Assembly: GCA_964486665.1 (NCBI GenBank)
Contig: CAZAOF010000001.1
Span: 1 to 49,729, forward strand
Origin: an uncultured Sediminibacterium sp.
Lineage (GTDB): Bacteria; Bacteroidota; Bacteroidia; Chitinophagales; Chitinophagaceae
DNA: 49,729 nucleotides
Reading direction: 5' to 3'
Within the stretch, counting starts at the first letter, position 1, and the number at the start of each line of letters is the position of its first letter. Both the position numbers and the translations under genes were made by a program. Positions 38,076 through 47,080 of the stretch are shown here, piece by piece. Below the pieces are notes generated by a model, which was given only the letters and a program-made list of their open reading frames with translations, did no database searches and was not told where the DNA came from.

Positions 38076-38109
38076 TAGACAATTCTATTTGTCTACCAAA
38101 TTAGTAGAG
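38076..38109. promoter_or_regulatory. Overlapping inverted repeats, candidate repressor operator
   Basis: TAGACAA-N6-TTGTCTA and TCTAC-N7-GTAGA in the divergent DUF1684/S41 intergenic region. Confidence 0.4.
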
Positions 38110-38169
38110 ATATTTTTTTCTTTTGCTTAACAATAGTTTAATTAAATTTATGCTGATTAAATACAAACC

Positions 38170-39570
38170 ATGAAAAAGCTGTTATCCATACTTTTCCTAT
38201 CTGCCTTATTTTTTTCTTGCAAAAAAGAAACAGAAACGCCAAAAGCTACTACACCAACACCAACTGCCACGAACCCAAATATAGCAGCAAACACTTGGAT
38301 CCATGAGGCTATGAACTACTATTACTTATGGAATACTAAAATGCCGGCATTGACTGCTACCAATACCTCGGCAAAGCCTACCGATTATTTTTATACTTTG
38401 TTAAATGACTATGGTAAAACTGATCGATTTTCTTGGATTGACGAAAGTGTAACCAATTTACAAAATCAACTTAACGGGGTAAGTACCGTATTAGGAATAA
38501 AAAACAACGCCTTTTACACTAACGAAGCTAAAACTAATCTAGCTTTTGTTCTTGCTTATGTATTAAAGGGTAGCCCTGCTGCAAAGGCGGGTTTAAAAAG
38601 AGGAGATATTATATTAAAAGTAGACGATCAAGCAATTACATCTGCTAATTACACAACTATCTTATCCAATCAAACTTTAAAATTAGGATTAGGTGATTTC
38701 GTTAACGGCGCATTTGTAGAGAATGGCCAATCAGTAACAGTAACGAAAATAGAATTACAAACAAATCCAATTTTAGCAGATACCATTATTGAATGGTCGG
38801 GAAGAAAAGTTGGCTACTTGGCATATAGTCAATTCTTGAATAGTTTTGATGATAGCTTACGAACAATTTTTGGTCGCTTCAAAACAGCAGGAGTCAACGA
38901 ATTGGTTTTAGATTTTAGATATAATGGAGGAGGCTATGTAGTATCATCGGACTTGATCACCAATTTGACGGTAAAAGATGCAGCAGCAAAGGTTGGGAAG
39001 TTGATGAATAAAAAAGTGTATAATGCCACTTATACAGAATACTTAAACAGGACTTCGGGCGCAAGTGCATTCGAAACATTATTTAAATCAGAGCCTAATA
39101 ACCTTGGAACACTGAATAGAGTGTTTGTATTGGTTGCGGGCAATACCGCATCTGCAAGCGAATTAGTGATCAATAATTTAAAGCCATTCATGGATGTTAT
39201 CCTTATAGGTGAAAATACTTATGGAAAAAACGTAGGTTCATTCACCCTTACTGATCCAAGTAAGCGTTGGGATTTTGGCCTTCAACCAATTACATTTTTA
39301 ACGAATAATGCAATTGGAGAATCCAATTATGGAACAGCAAGCGGATTTACGCCTAATTATATTCTTGCAGATAATGTATTGCCCTATAGAACCTTAGGCA
39401 ATCCAAATGAAACCTATTTAAATAAAGCATTGAGTATTATAGGAGGGGTTGCCTATAAAGCTAGTTCGACAGAGTCAATTAAAAAATATACCCGAACTTT
39501 GGCCAGTAAAGAGTCTTTTTCCGACAATAAATGGTTGGACAGAAAAGAAATGTGGATGGACCCAAAATAA
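38170..39570 (+). CDS. S41 family peptidase lipoprotein with PDZ domain
   Basis: Lipobox FFSC; GSPAAKAGLKRGD, LDFRYNGGG, TASASE, TYGK. Confidence 0.92.
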   Translation: MKKLLSILFLSALFFSCKKETETPKATTPTPTATNPNIAANTWIHEAMNYYYLWNTKMPALTATNTSAKPTDYFYTLLNDYGKTDRFSWIDESVTNLQNQLNGVSTVLGIKNNAFYTNEAKTNLAFVLAYVLKGSPAAKAGLKRGDIILKVDDQAITSANYTTILSNQTLKLGLGDFVNGAFVENGQSVTVTKIELQTNPILADTIIEWSGRKVGYLAYSQFLNSFDDSLRTIFGRFKTAGVNELVLDFRYNGGGYVVSSDLITNLTVKDAAAKVGKLMNKKVYNATYTEYLNRTSGASAFETLFKSEPNNLGTLNRVFVLVAGNTASASELVINNLKPFMDVILIGENTYGKNVGSFTLTDPSKRWDFGLQPITFLTNNAIGESNYGTASGFTPNYILADNVLPYRTLGNPNETYLNKALSIIGGVAYKASSTESIKKYTRTLASKESFSDNKWLDRKEMWMDPK

Positions 39571-39576
39571 TATTTT

Positions 39577-40068
39577 ATGGACGCAAGCATACAAGTTTTT
39601 GTTACCGGTGGAACATTTGACAAAGAGTATAATGAGTTAAATGGAAGTCTTTATTTTAAAGACACTCATTTACATGAAATGCTAAGTCTAGGTAGAAGTA
39701 AATTAAATCTTTCCATCGAATCTTTAATGATGAAAGATAGTTTAGACTTTGTAGAGGAAGATCGAGCAAATATAGCAGCAGCATGTAATGCAACCAGTTC
39801 CAATAGAATTTTAATTACACACGGAACAGACACCATGACCATTACTGCTATGTATTTACAAAAATCTTGTCCCAATAAAGTCATCGTATTAACAGGGGCG
39901 ATGATTCCTTATAAATTTGGAAGCTCGGATGGTTTATTTAATTTAGGTAGCGCCCTGGCTTTCACACAAGTATTACCTAACGGTGTTTATATCGCCATGA
40001 ATGGCAAATATTTTGAGGCAGATAAGGTCAGAAAAAACACCGAAAAGGGTGAGTTTGAAGCTATCTAG
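39577..40068 (+). CDS. Short single-domain L-asparaginase-like protein
   Basis: VTGGTF, ITHGTDTM and VLTGAM motifs. Confidence 0.85.
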   Translation: MDASIQVFVTGGTFDKEYNELNGSLYFKDTHLHEMLSLGRSKLNLSIESLMMKDSLDFVEEDRANIAAACNATSSNRILITHGTDTMTITAMYLQKSCPNKVIVLTGAMIPYKFGSSDGLFNLGSALAFTQVLPNGVYIAMNGKYFEADKVRKNTEKGEFEAI

Positions 40069-40087
40069 AAAAAAGTTGTTCAACTCA

Positions 40088-40846
40088 TTAAGCCAAGACT
40101 GCATCCCAAAGTGAGGCGCGGATTTGCAATGCTTCAATTGCAGCGGTTTCGGCTTCTTTCCATTTCACCTCATCATCTCCACAAAGTTCTGCAACCATTT
40201 CTAAAGCTAAGTGACTATGGTGTCCCCCATCTACTTCGATATGTCTTTCGATGTAGTATTTGAAAATAGATACTTTTTCTGGTGACTCAGCAACTAGTTT
40301 TTCTAATAAGCGGGTAAACATATCAGGTATTAAGTCTTCCCTACCAAATGTAAAGACAGCTGCTTGAACATGAGCAGGTGCATAGTTTACAATCTTAAAA
40401 GTAAAACGTAAAAATGCCTTGATGGAATGAGCGCAATCCATTTGATCAATTGCAAGGTCTATAGAAAGTCCAGACTGTATACTTTGAATTAATTTTTGTA
40501 TTGCATCTGTAGACGCACCCATTTGATGCATCGCTTGAAGGTATAATTCAAAATGGCTGATACGGTTATCAAACTCATCAACGTCCGACTCTTCGCCCAA
40601 TACAATTTCATTAATTAAATACCTCGTATTTGCAGAACCTACAGGAATCCAAGGTGTAGTCACGCATGTTAATTTTTGCTGTAGCGCTTTTAATAAACTC
40701 ATAAAGTCCCAAACAGCAAAAACATGGACGCTAGCAAATTTTTTTAGCGCCTCTAATGTTTGAATCTGATGATATACAGGATGCTGTAATAATTTTGCTC
40801 TACTTGGCTCAATCGCGTCTTTTAATCTGTCAATTTGTGGGTTCAT
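40088..40846 (-). CDS. DUF3050 heme-oxygenase-like fold protein
   Basis: HVFAVWDFMSLLK, EESD, SHFELY, RHIEVDGGHH. Confidence 0.88.
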   Translation of the reverse strand: MNPQIDRLKDAIEPSRAKLLQHPVYHQIQTLEALKKFASVHVFAVWDFMSLLKALQQKLTCVTTPWIPVGSANTRYLINEIVLGEESDVDEFDNRISHFELYLQAMHQMGASTDAIQKLIQSIQSGLSIDLAIDQMDCAHSIKAFLRFTFKIVNYAPAHVQAAVFTFGREDLIPDMFTRLLEKLVAESPEKVSIFKYYIERHIEVDGGHHSHLALEMVAELCGDDEVKWKEAETAAIEALQIRASLWDAVLA

Positions 40847-40994
40847 AGCAATATTTGTGGGCGCAAGTTAATTAATCATGAAATTTTACGCAATGCTGTT
40901 TAAATAATAATACTTTAGTACCTTAATGTTTAAACTATTTGCTGTTTTAGCAGTACAAAAGCTGCAACCCAAAAAATAGATAAAAGTATTCCTT

Positions 40995-41768
40995 ATGACT
41001 AGATTTATTTTAATTTGCTTAACCATTATGCTACCGTTTATGGCAACTGCACAAACAACAAAAATCATTGCACATCGTGGGGCATGGAAAGAATTTAATT
41101 TGCCGGAAAATTCAATTGCAGCTTTAACAAAAGCCATTGATCTCAAATGTGATGGTGCGGAGTTTGATGTGAGAAGAACCCTAGATGGCGTGCTCGTTGT
41201 AAATCATGATCCAACCTATTATGGAGACACGATTCAAACCAATACCTATGCAACTTTGAATAAAAAGAAATTAGCGAATGGAGAGGACTTACCTACACTA
41301 GAACAGTATTTTTTAAAAGGCAGTCAGGACAAGCATAACACATTGCTCATTTGTGAAATCAAAGCAGCTATTGAAAATAAAGATCAAGACTATTTAGCTG
41401 CCATAGAGACATTAGCCCTTGCAAAAAAACTAGGAATCGAAAATCGCATTGTATACATTAGTTTTAGTAAAGACATCCTTACATGGATAAAAGAGGGACA
41501 GTCAAAAGCAACTGTATTATACCTTGAGTCAGATGTAACAATTGATGCTGTTGTAGAAAAAAAATTTGATGGAATTAATTGGCATTATACTTCATTTAAA
41601 ACAAACAATCAGTTAAGTGAAGCTGCAAAAAAAGCAGGATTGATGATAGGTAGTTGGACCGTAAATGAAATATCCGATTTTGAAATTTTACAAAACCAGG
41701 GAGTAGAATGGATTACCACCAATCATCCTCAACAATTTCAACACCATTTAAAAGGACAAAAGCAATAG
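40995..41768 (+). CDS. Glycerophosphodiester phosphodiesterase (exported)
   Basis: IAHRG, PENS, EFDV, HD, EIK, WTVN, ITTN. Confidence 0.92.
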   Translation: MTRFILICLTIMLPFMATAQTTKIIAHRGAWKEFNLPENSIAALTKAIDLKCDGAEFDVRRTLDGVLVVNHDPTYYGDTIQTNTYATLNKKKLANGEDLPTLEQYFLKGSQDKHNTLLICEIKAAIENKDQDYLAAIETLALAKKLGIENRIVYISFSKDILTWIKEGQSKATVLYLESDVTIDAVVEKKFDGINWHYTSFKTNNQLSEAAKKAGLMIGSWTVNEISDFEILQNQGVEWITTNHPQQFQHHLKGQKQ

Positions 41769-41791
41769 GTGTATCCAACAACTACAAGACA

Positions 41792-42259
41792 TTATTTATA
41801 CCTGGTGTCAATTAAATACTGAATCTTCCAGCCTTCTTTAAGTTTGACCAATTGAAAACTATTGACTCCTTTGTGTGAGTAGTTGCCTTTGTAATAAAAT
41901 GTATAGGGCGTCCATACCGTTGCCATCAAAGGATCTATATTGATAGCGCCGAATTCAATTCTTTCATCTAAAGCATTGGGTGTTTGCTTTCCAATACTTA
42001 GTATAAAATTATTGACTGATTCTGTTTTAATTTCTGCCCCCTCTGACTTATTTAATATGGTCTGAAAAATTGTCTTATCAGAAAAACATTGTTTTAACAA
42101 AGTCGTATCAACTTGCTTCATAGCAATAAACATATTTTGAATGACTTGCTTCACTTCTTTTTCGGAATCAACTGAAACTTTATCAATGGGCGACTGTGCT
42201 TTGACAACAAATTGAAAAGCACATACCAGAAATAGGATATATAGAATTTTTTTAAACAT
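41792..42259 (-). CDS. Exported NTF2-like / lumazine-binding family protein
   Basis: Signal peptide; ATVWTPY, HKGVNSFQL, GWKI. Confidence 0.75.
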   Translation of the reverse strand: MFKKILYILFLVCAFQFVVKAQSPIDKVSVDSEKEVKQVIQNMFIAMKQVDTTLLKQCFSDKTIFQTILNKSEGAEIKTESVNNFILSIGKQTPNALDERIEFGAINIDPLMATVWTPYTFYYKGNYSHKGVNSFQLVKLKEGWKIQYLIDTRYK

Positions 42260-42358
42260 AATTGTTTTTTATATGAAATTAAAGCAGTAAAATTTTAAAA
42301 TTTGACTTGCTATTTGTAATTTGATTGTAATTTAAAACCAATTATTCAATTCCAAGAC

Positions 42359-42718
42359 ATGAAAACTACTAAAATAATTTATTGGGTTACCACAAGTATC
42401 ATTTGCCTATTTGCATCTTCCGCTATCTTTATGAATTCTGAAATGGCTATTGAAGGCACTAAACACGTAGGCATACCGCGCTGGCTTGGACTAGAAATTA
42501 GTATTGGGCAATTGATCGGTCTAGTATTATTAATTGTTCCTGCAGTTCCTGCACGATTAAAAGAATGGGCTTATGTTGGATTTGGCATTTTATATATTTC
42601 AGCTGCTGTAGCTCATATTGCAATAGGCGATCCAATCAATAATACCCTTATGGCGTTTGTGTTTTTTGGCTTGTTGTTGGCTTCTTATACAAGTTTTCAC
42701 AAATTACAAAAAGCGTGA
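42359..42718 (+). CDS. DoxX-like family membrane protein
   Basis: KIIYWVTT, RLKEWAYVG, AHIAIGD. Confidence 0.85.
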   Translation: MKTTKIIYWVTTSIICLFASSAIFMNSEMAIEGTKHVGIPRWLGLEISIGQLIGLVLLIVPAVPARLKEWAYVGFGILYISAAVAHIAIGDPINNTLMAFVFFGLLLASYTSFHKLQKA

Positions 42719-42748
42719 AATTAATTTAAGCCACGAATTTCCACCCCA

Positions 42749-42782
42749 TAAAAAAGGCGCTCAAAATGGAGCGCCTTTTTTA
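42749..42782. terminator. Bidirectional intrinsic terminator
   Basis: TAAAAAAGGCGCTC-loop-GAGCGCCTTTTTTA. Confidence 0.85.
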
Positions 42783-42799
42783 ACTCATATTGTTTAAAA

Positions 42800-44008
42800 T
42801 TATTTAGGGATTGCACTAAGTACCAATTTTAAGAATCCGTCTATTGATTTGTCATCCATCCATTTTATTACGGCAACTAATTCATGCTCAGGATCTACAT
42901 AAATGGCGTTGGTTCCATTGCCAATATGAGCATAAGCCGTGGCAGGCGCTGATGGATACATTTTACGATCTGTATTTAAAAAATAATTCATAAACCCATA
43001 TCCAGTATTAGCAGTTGTTGGAGTGGTAGATCGCTTAATCCAGTCTTCAGATATAATTTGTTTGCCATCCCAGTTTCCTTTTCTTAATGTAAGCAAACCA
43101 AATCTAGCCATATCATATGCGCTAATAAAAAGGCCGCCTCCAAAATGACCGCCGCCGCTAACCGACTGAATCATCTTGCCATCTAAAATAATCCATGCAT
43201 TTTTATAGCCCGTCCACGCCCATGTATTAGAAGCACCAATAGGTTGCATTACCTGCTCTCTTAATACTTCTGGCAATGGTTTTCTCCAAACAGTTGTTGC
43301 AGCTAATGCCAAAGCATTGACCCTTGTATCGTTGTACTTGTAGACCGTGCCCGGTTCAAAACGTTTTCTTGTAGTCCACTCCTCTGGTTTGTCTGATGGC
43401 CTGTCTGCCCAATCTGGTTTACCCCATAAAACACCTTCCCAATCGCTAGTTTGTCTTAATAGATGATCCCAGCTTATCTTTCTATTATGTGTTGTTTCAA
43501 ACGGATACATAAATGAGGTTTGTGCAATTGGGTTTTGATCAATTGTGGTAGCTATTGTGCTCGTTTCAATAGGCGGAAGATAAGTATACACTTTATCCTC
43601 AATTGAATGAATCAAGCCTTTATCAACAGCTAAGCCTACGACAGTAGACAACATACTCTTTGTAACACTGTTAACCATTTCTACTGAATGCAAGTTGCCC
43701 CATTCTGCAATGATATATCCTTTGTAAACAATTACCCCAGCAGCAGGACCCCTACTTGCCATTGGCCCAATAGGGTCTGAAAATGGCTCTTTACCAAATT
43801 GCATAGCCTGAGTAAGCTGTAAATTTTTAGGAAACTTTGTTTCATGCGATAAGGCGTATTGTATAGCCTGATTTAATAAAGCGCTATCTATACGAAAACT
43901 ACTTGGTTCTTTTTTTTCCCAATTTGTTGCACTAGGGTAATAGTTTTTTATTTGTGCACTAGCTGTAAAACAAATGGTCAATAATAAAATCACAAATTTC
44001 TTCTTCAT
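42800..44008 (-). CDS. Serine hydrolase, beta-lactamase class C-related
   Basis: SVTK (SxxK), YND, DMARFG; signal peptide starting MKKKF. Confidence 0.88.
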   Translation of the reverse strand: MKKKFVILLLTICFTASAQIKNYYPSATNWEKKEPSSFRIDSALLNQAIQYALSHETKFPKNLQLTQAMQFGKEPFSDPIGPMASRGPAAGVIVYKGYIIAEWGNLHSVEMVNSVTKSMLSTVVGLAVDKGLIHSIEDKVYTYLPPIETSTIATTIDQNPIAQTSFMYPFETTHNRKISWDHLLRQTSDWEGVLWGKPDWADRPSDKPEEWTTRKRFEPGTVYKYNDTRVNALALAATTVWRKPLPEVLREQVMQPIGASNTWAWTGYKNAWIILDGKMIQSVSGGGHFGGGLFISAYDMARFGLLTLRKGNWDGKQIISEDWIKRSTTPTTANTGYGFMNYFLNTDRKMYPSAPATAYAHIGNGTNAIYVDPEHELVAVIKWMDDKSIDGFLKLVLSAIPK

Positions 44009-44048
44009 ATATATAATTTGAGTAGGTATTTTTTTAGACAACTACTTG

Positions 44049-45338
44049 TTATTTTAATTGAGTGGTATCGACTCTTGTAGGCGTGTCTTTTCCTGCAACA
44101 ATAGATTGTGCACTTAAAGCAATTGCCTTTATAATTTCATTCATATTATCTAAATCTAAAGTGTCCACCTGATCAGAAGCTTTATGGTAGTTTGGTTCAG
44201 CGTCCATTTTTGATGTAGAGATCGTATGTGCTGCAACACCAAGTCTAGCAAGGGTGGCATTGTCTGATCTATAAAATAAATTTTGTTCTGTATAAGGATC
44301 TGGGTAAAATTTAAAACTAGAACCTTTGAGGTTGTTCTGTAAAATCTCCCCCATATTCGTTTTGTCATATCCAGTAATATAGGCACTATTCTTTCCCCAC
44401 TTACTTTCCGTGCCAATCATCTCGATATTAAACATGGCAACAACTTTTGATGGGTCTAATTGCTTCGAAAAATATTGAGCTCCATATCCACCTACTTCTT
44501 CGGCAGTAAATGCTGCAAAAATAATTGTTCTCTCATTGTTATTTAAAGCTTTATAATACTTTGATAACATAATCATTGCAGTAGTTCCAGCAGCATCGTC
44601 ATTAGCTCCATTGTAAATAGAATCTCCATTCACCATGTTTCTGCTATTTATTCCAAGATGGTCATAATGTCCAGAAAAAATCACTACTTCGTTTTTTAAA
44701 GATTTGCCTGGCAAAACAGCAACCACATTGGCTAAAGGCATTTTTTCTATTTGATGCGTTGCTTGTATTGTATAATTAGTTGGCGTTACATTGGTCAAAA
44801 TAAAAATAATATTTGCCTGATTGCTTGATAAATTATTTTTGAATCTTGTCAGTCTTCCAAAATTCTGTGTATGTGCTTCATCTACTAACACAATAGTTGG
44901 TCGATTAGCGCTAATGAGTTTTCCAGCAGCTTGATTTAAATTTTCTGTAGCATTAATTTTAGCTATAGCGTATCCCGATGTTGCATTGATGTCAATTGAA
45001 GGCTGAACAGTCACTACAATAACCTGTCTCATGTCTATTGCTACGCCATCGAGACTAGCTGATAAACTTAAAAACTTTGGTCTTATAATGGAGAAGCTTT
45101 GCAAAAACTGCTTATCTCCATTCAATGAACTAAGGCCAGTGGATGCAAACTCAGCTGCAATAAATGCAGCCGCTTTGTCAATACCCGGACTAAAAGTTTT
45201 ACGTCCCTCCATCTCATCTGACGCTAATACACGCTCTATTCTTTCTGTTTCTGACTTCGTAATGACCTTATCTATTACCTGGCTAATACCTAAAAAGGGG
45301 ATTAACAGTGCAATACATATTAATTTAATCAATTTCAT
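44049..45338 (-). CDS. M28 family metallopeptidase
   Basis: GHYDH, NGANDDAAG, AEE, RSD and YHKASD. Confidence 0.92.
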   Translation of the reverse strand: MKLIKLICIALLIPFLGISQVIDKVITKSETERIERVLASDEMEGRKTFSPGIDKAAAFIAAEFASTGLSSLNGDKQFLQSFSIIRPKFLSLSASLDGVAIDMRQVIVVTVQPSIDINATSGYAIAKINATENLNQAAGKLISANRPTIVLVDEAHTQNFGRLTRFKNNLSSNQANIIFILTNVTPTNYTIQATHQIEKMPLANVVAVLPGKSLKNEVVIFSGHYDHLGINSRNMVNGDSIYNGANDDAAGTTAMIMLSKYYKALNNNERTIIFAAFTAEEVGGYGAQYFSKQLDPSKVVAMFNIEMIGTESKWGKNSAYITGYDKTNMGEILQNNLKGSSFKFYPDPYTEQNLFYRSDNATLARLGVAAHTISTSKMDAEPNYHKASDQVDTLDLDNMNEIIKAIALSAQSIVAGKDTPTRVDTTQLK

Positions 45339-45426
45339 GTTGTTGGTTTTAGAATGACATTAAAGATAATTTCATTTTGAATGCAAATAAAAAAAATGAT
45401 GACAGGCGGATTGATTGGCATCTACC

Positions 45427-45459
45427 TTAAACCTTTGAATTAACTATTTGTCTAAATTG
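45427..45459 (+). promoter_or_regulatory. ECF-type promoter for DUF1800-DUF1501
   Basis: TTAAACCTTT-N13-GTCTAAATTG. Confidence 0.6.
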
Positions 45460-45475
45460 CTACAAAATAACCTGC

Positions 45476-47080
45476 ATGCCGCTAAGCCCCCTTTCTAGCA
45501 GTTTAGGACTTGAACCCTTTCAAGGAACCTGGACAAAGCAAACTACAACGCATTTATTAAATAGAGTGCTATTCGGAGCAAAACATGCAGAGATTCAAGA
45601 ATTTTTAGCAAAAGGTTTAGAGGCTACTGTTTTCGAATTATTAAACCCATCCCTATCCTATCCAACTCCTCCTCTCAATGATTATACAACTGCTAATGTA
45701 ACTGACCCAGCTGTTCCATTAGGTAGTACTTGGATCAACCATCCCACCAACGACGGTACGATTAATAGTTTAAGAAGAGCCAATTATAAAAAATGGTTGA
45801 CTGGAGTAATGATTCATCAAGACAAAAGTATCAGAGAGAAGTTAACCTTGTTTTGGGCGAATCATTTTGGAACGGAAGCGGATACGATCTCTAATGCAAA
45901 CTATGTCTACCATCACCATGCAACTTTAAGGGCAAATGCTATTGGTAATTTTAAAACAATGGTAAAAGCCGTCACTATTGATCCAGGTATGTTAAGGTAC
46001 CTAAATGGCTATTTAAATTCAGCAAGCGCTCCTGATGAAAACTATGGCAGAGAATTACAAGAGTTGTTCACTGTTGGGAAAGACACCAATGTTCAATATA
46101 CAGAGTCTGACGTAAAAGCTGCGGCAAGAGTACTGACTGGATGGAGAATCAATGCAAGCTATAATAGCTATTTTGATGCAAATAGGCACGATACAGGTAA
46201 CAAGCAATTTTCTAGCTACTATAACAATAAAATAATTCTTGGAAGAACTGGACAAGCTGGGGCAACCGAAACAGACGAACTCATTGATATGCTTTTTGAA
46301 AAAGCGGATACGGCAAAATACATCTGCAGAAGATTATATAGATGGTTTGTCTATTATTATATTGACGAAACTGTCGAAAAAAATATCATCGCTCCATTAG
46401 CTGAAATTTTTATATCCAACAATTTTGAAATCAAGCCTGTTTTATCCGCTCTTTTTAAAAGTGCTCATTTTTATGATGCAGTTTATATTGGCTGTCAAAT
46501 AAAAAGTCCAATTGATCACGTCATTGGCACTTTACGAAAAACCAATATAGTTTTCCCAAATGCAATTACAGATTATGCTGATGCTTACTTGCATTTTAAT
46601 AATATGGTTGGTCAACTCACTAGTCTTGGACAAAATCTTGCAGACCCACCCAATGTAGCTGGATGGCCTGCCTATTATCAATCACCAGAATTTCATGAAC
46701 TATGGATTAATGCAGACACCTTACCTAAGCGAAATAAATTTACCGATCTAATGATTGAAACAGGTTATACCAGAAACGGAAGAAGGGTTGTTATACAGGC
46801 TATTCCATTTGTACAGGCGATAGCAAGTAACCCTTCGGATCCCAATCTGCTAGTGAAGGATTTATTCGATCTTTTAATTGCTACAGAAGTGGATCAAAGT
46901 ATAAAAGATAATTTAAAAAAACAGCTATTATTAAGTGGACAAGCCACAGATTACTATTGGACAGATGCATGGAATAACTACCAATCCAATCAAAATACAA
47001 TCAACTTTAATTTGGTCAATACTAGACTAAAGACGTTGATTAAATATATTATGAACCTGCCAGACTATCAATTAAGCTAA
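45476..47080 (+). CDS. DUF1800 family protein
   Basis: HLLNR, REKLTLFWANHF, DENYGRELQELFTVG, AARVLTGW, PPNVAGW. Confidence 0.92.
   Translation: MPLSPLSSSLGLEPFQGTWTKQTTTHLLNRVLFGAKHAEIQEFLAKGLEATVFELLNPSLSYPTPPLNDYTTANVTDPAVPLGSTWINHPTNDGTINSLRRANYKKWLTGVMIHQDKSIREKLTLFWANHFGTEADTISNANYVYHHHATLRANAIGNFKTMVKAVTIDPGMLRYLNGYLNSASAPDENYGRELQELFTVGKDTNVQYTESDVKAAARVLTGWRINASYNSYFDANRHDTGNKQFSSYYNNKIILGRTGQAGATETDELIDMLFEKADTAKYICRRLYRWFVYYYIDETVEKNIIAPLAEIFISNNFEIKPVLSALFKSAHFYDAVYIGCQIKSPIDHVIGTLRKTNIVFPNAITDYADAYLHFNNMVGQLTSLGQNLADPPNVAGWPAYYQSPEFHELWINADTLPKRNKFTDLMIETGYTRNGRRVVIQAIPFVQAIASNPSDPNLLVKDLFDLLIATEVDQSIKDNLKKQLLLSGQATDYYWTDAWNNYQSNQNTINFNLVNTRLKTLIKYIMNLPDYQLS

Noticed and set aside
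40886..41146. 86-aa minus-strand ORF upstream of DUF3050
   Set aside because: Mostly antisense to the GDPD gene, with no recognisable features
3175..46255. Many short antisense or alternate-frame ORFs in the track (e.g. 3175, 3548, 5258, 12524, 14308, 19234, 23747, 26566, 30334, 35799, 45031, 46055)
   Set aside because: They lie inside well-supported genes, show no motifs, and read like shadow frames
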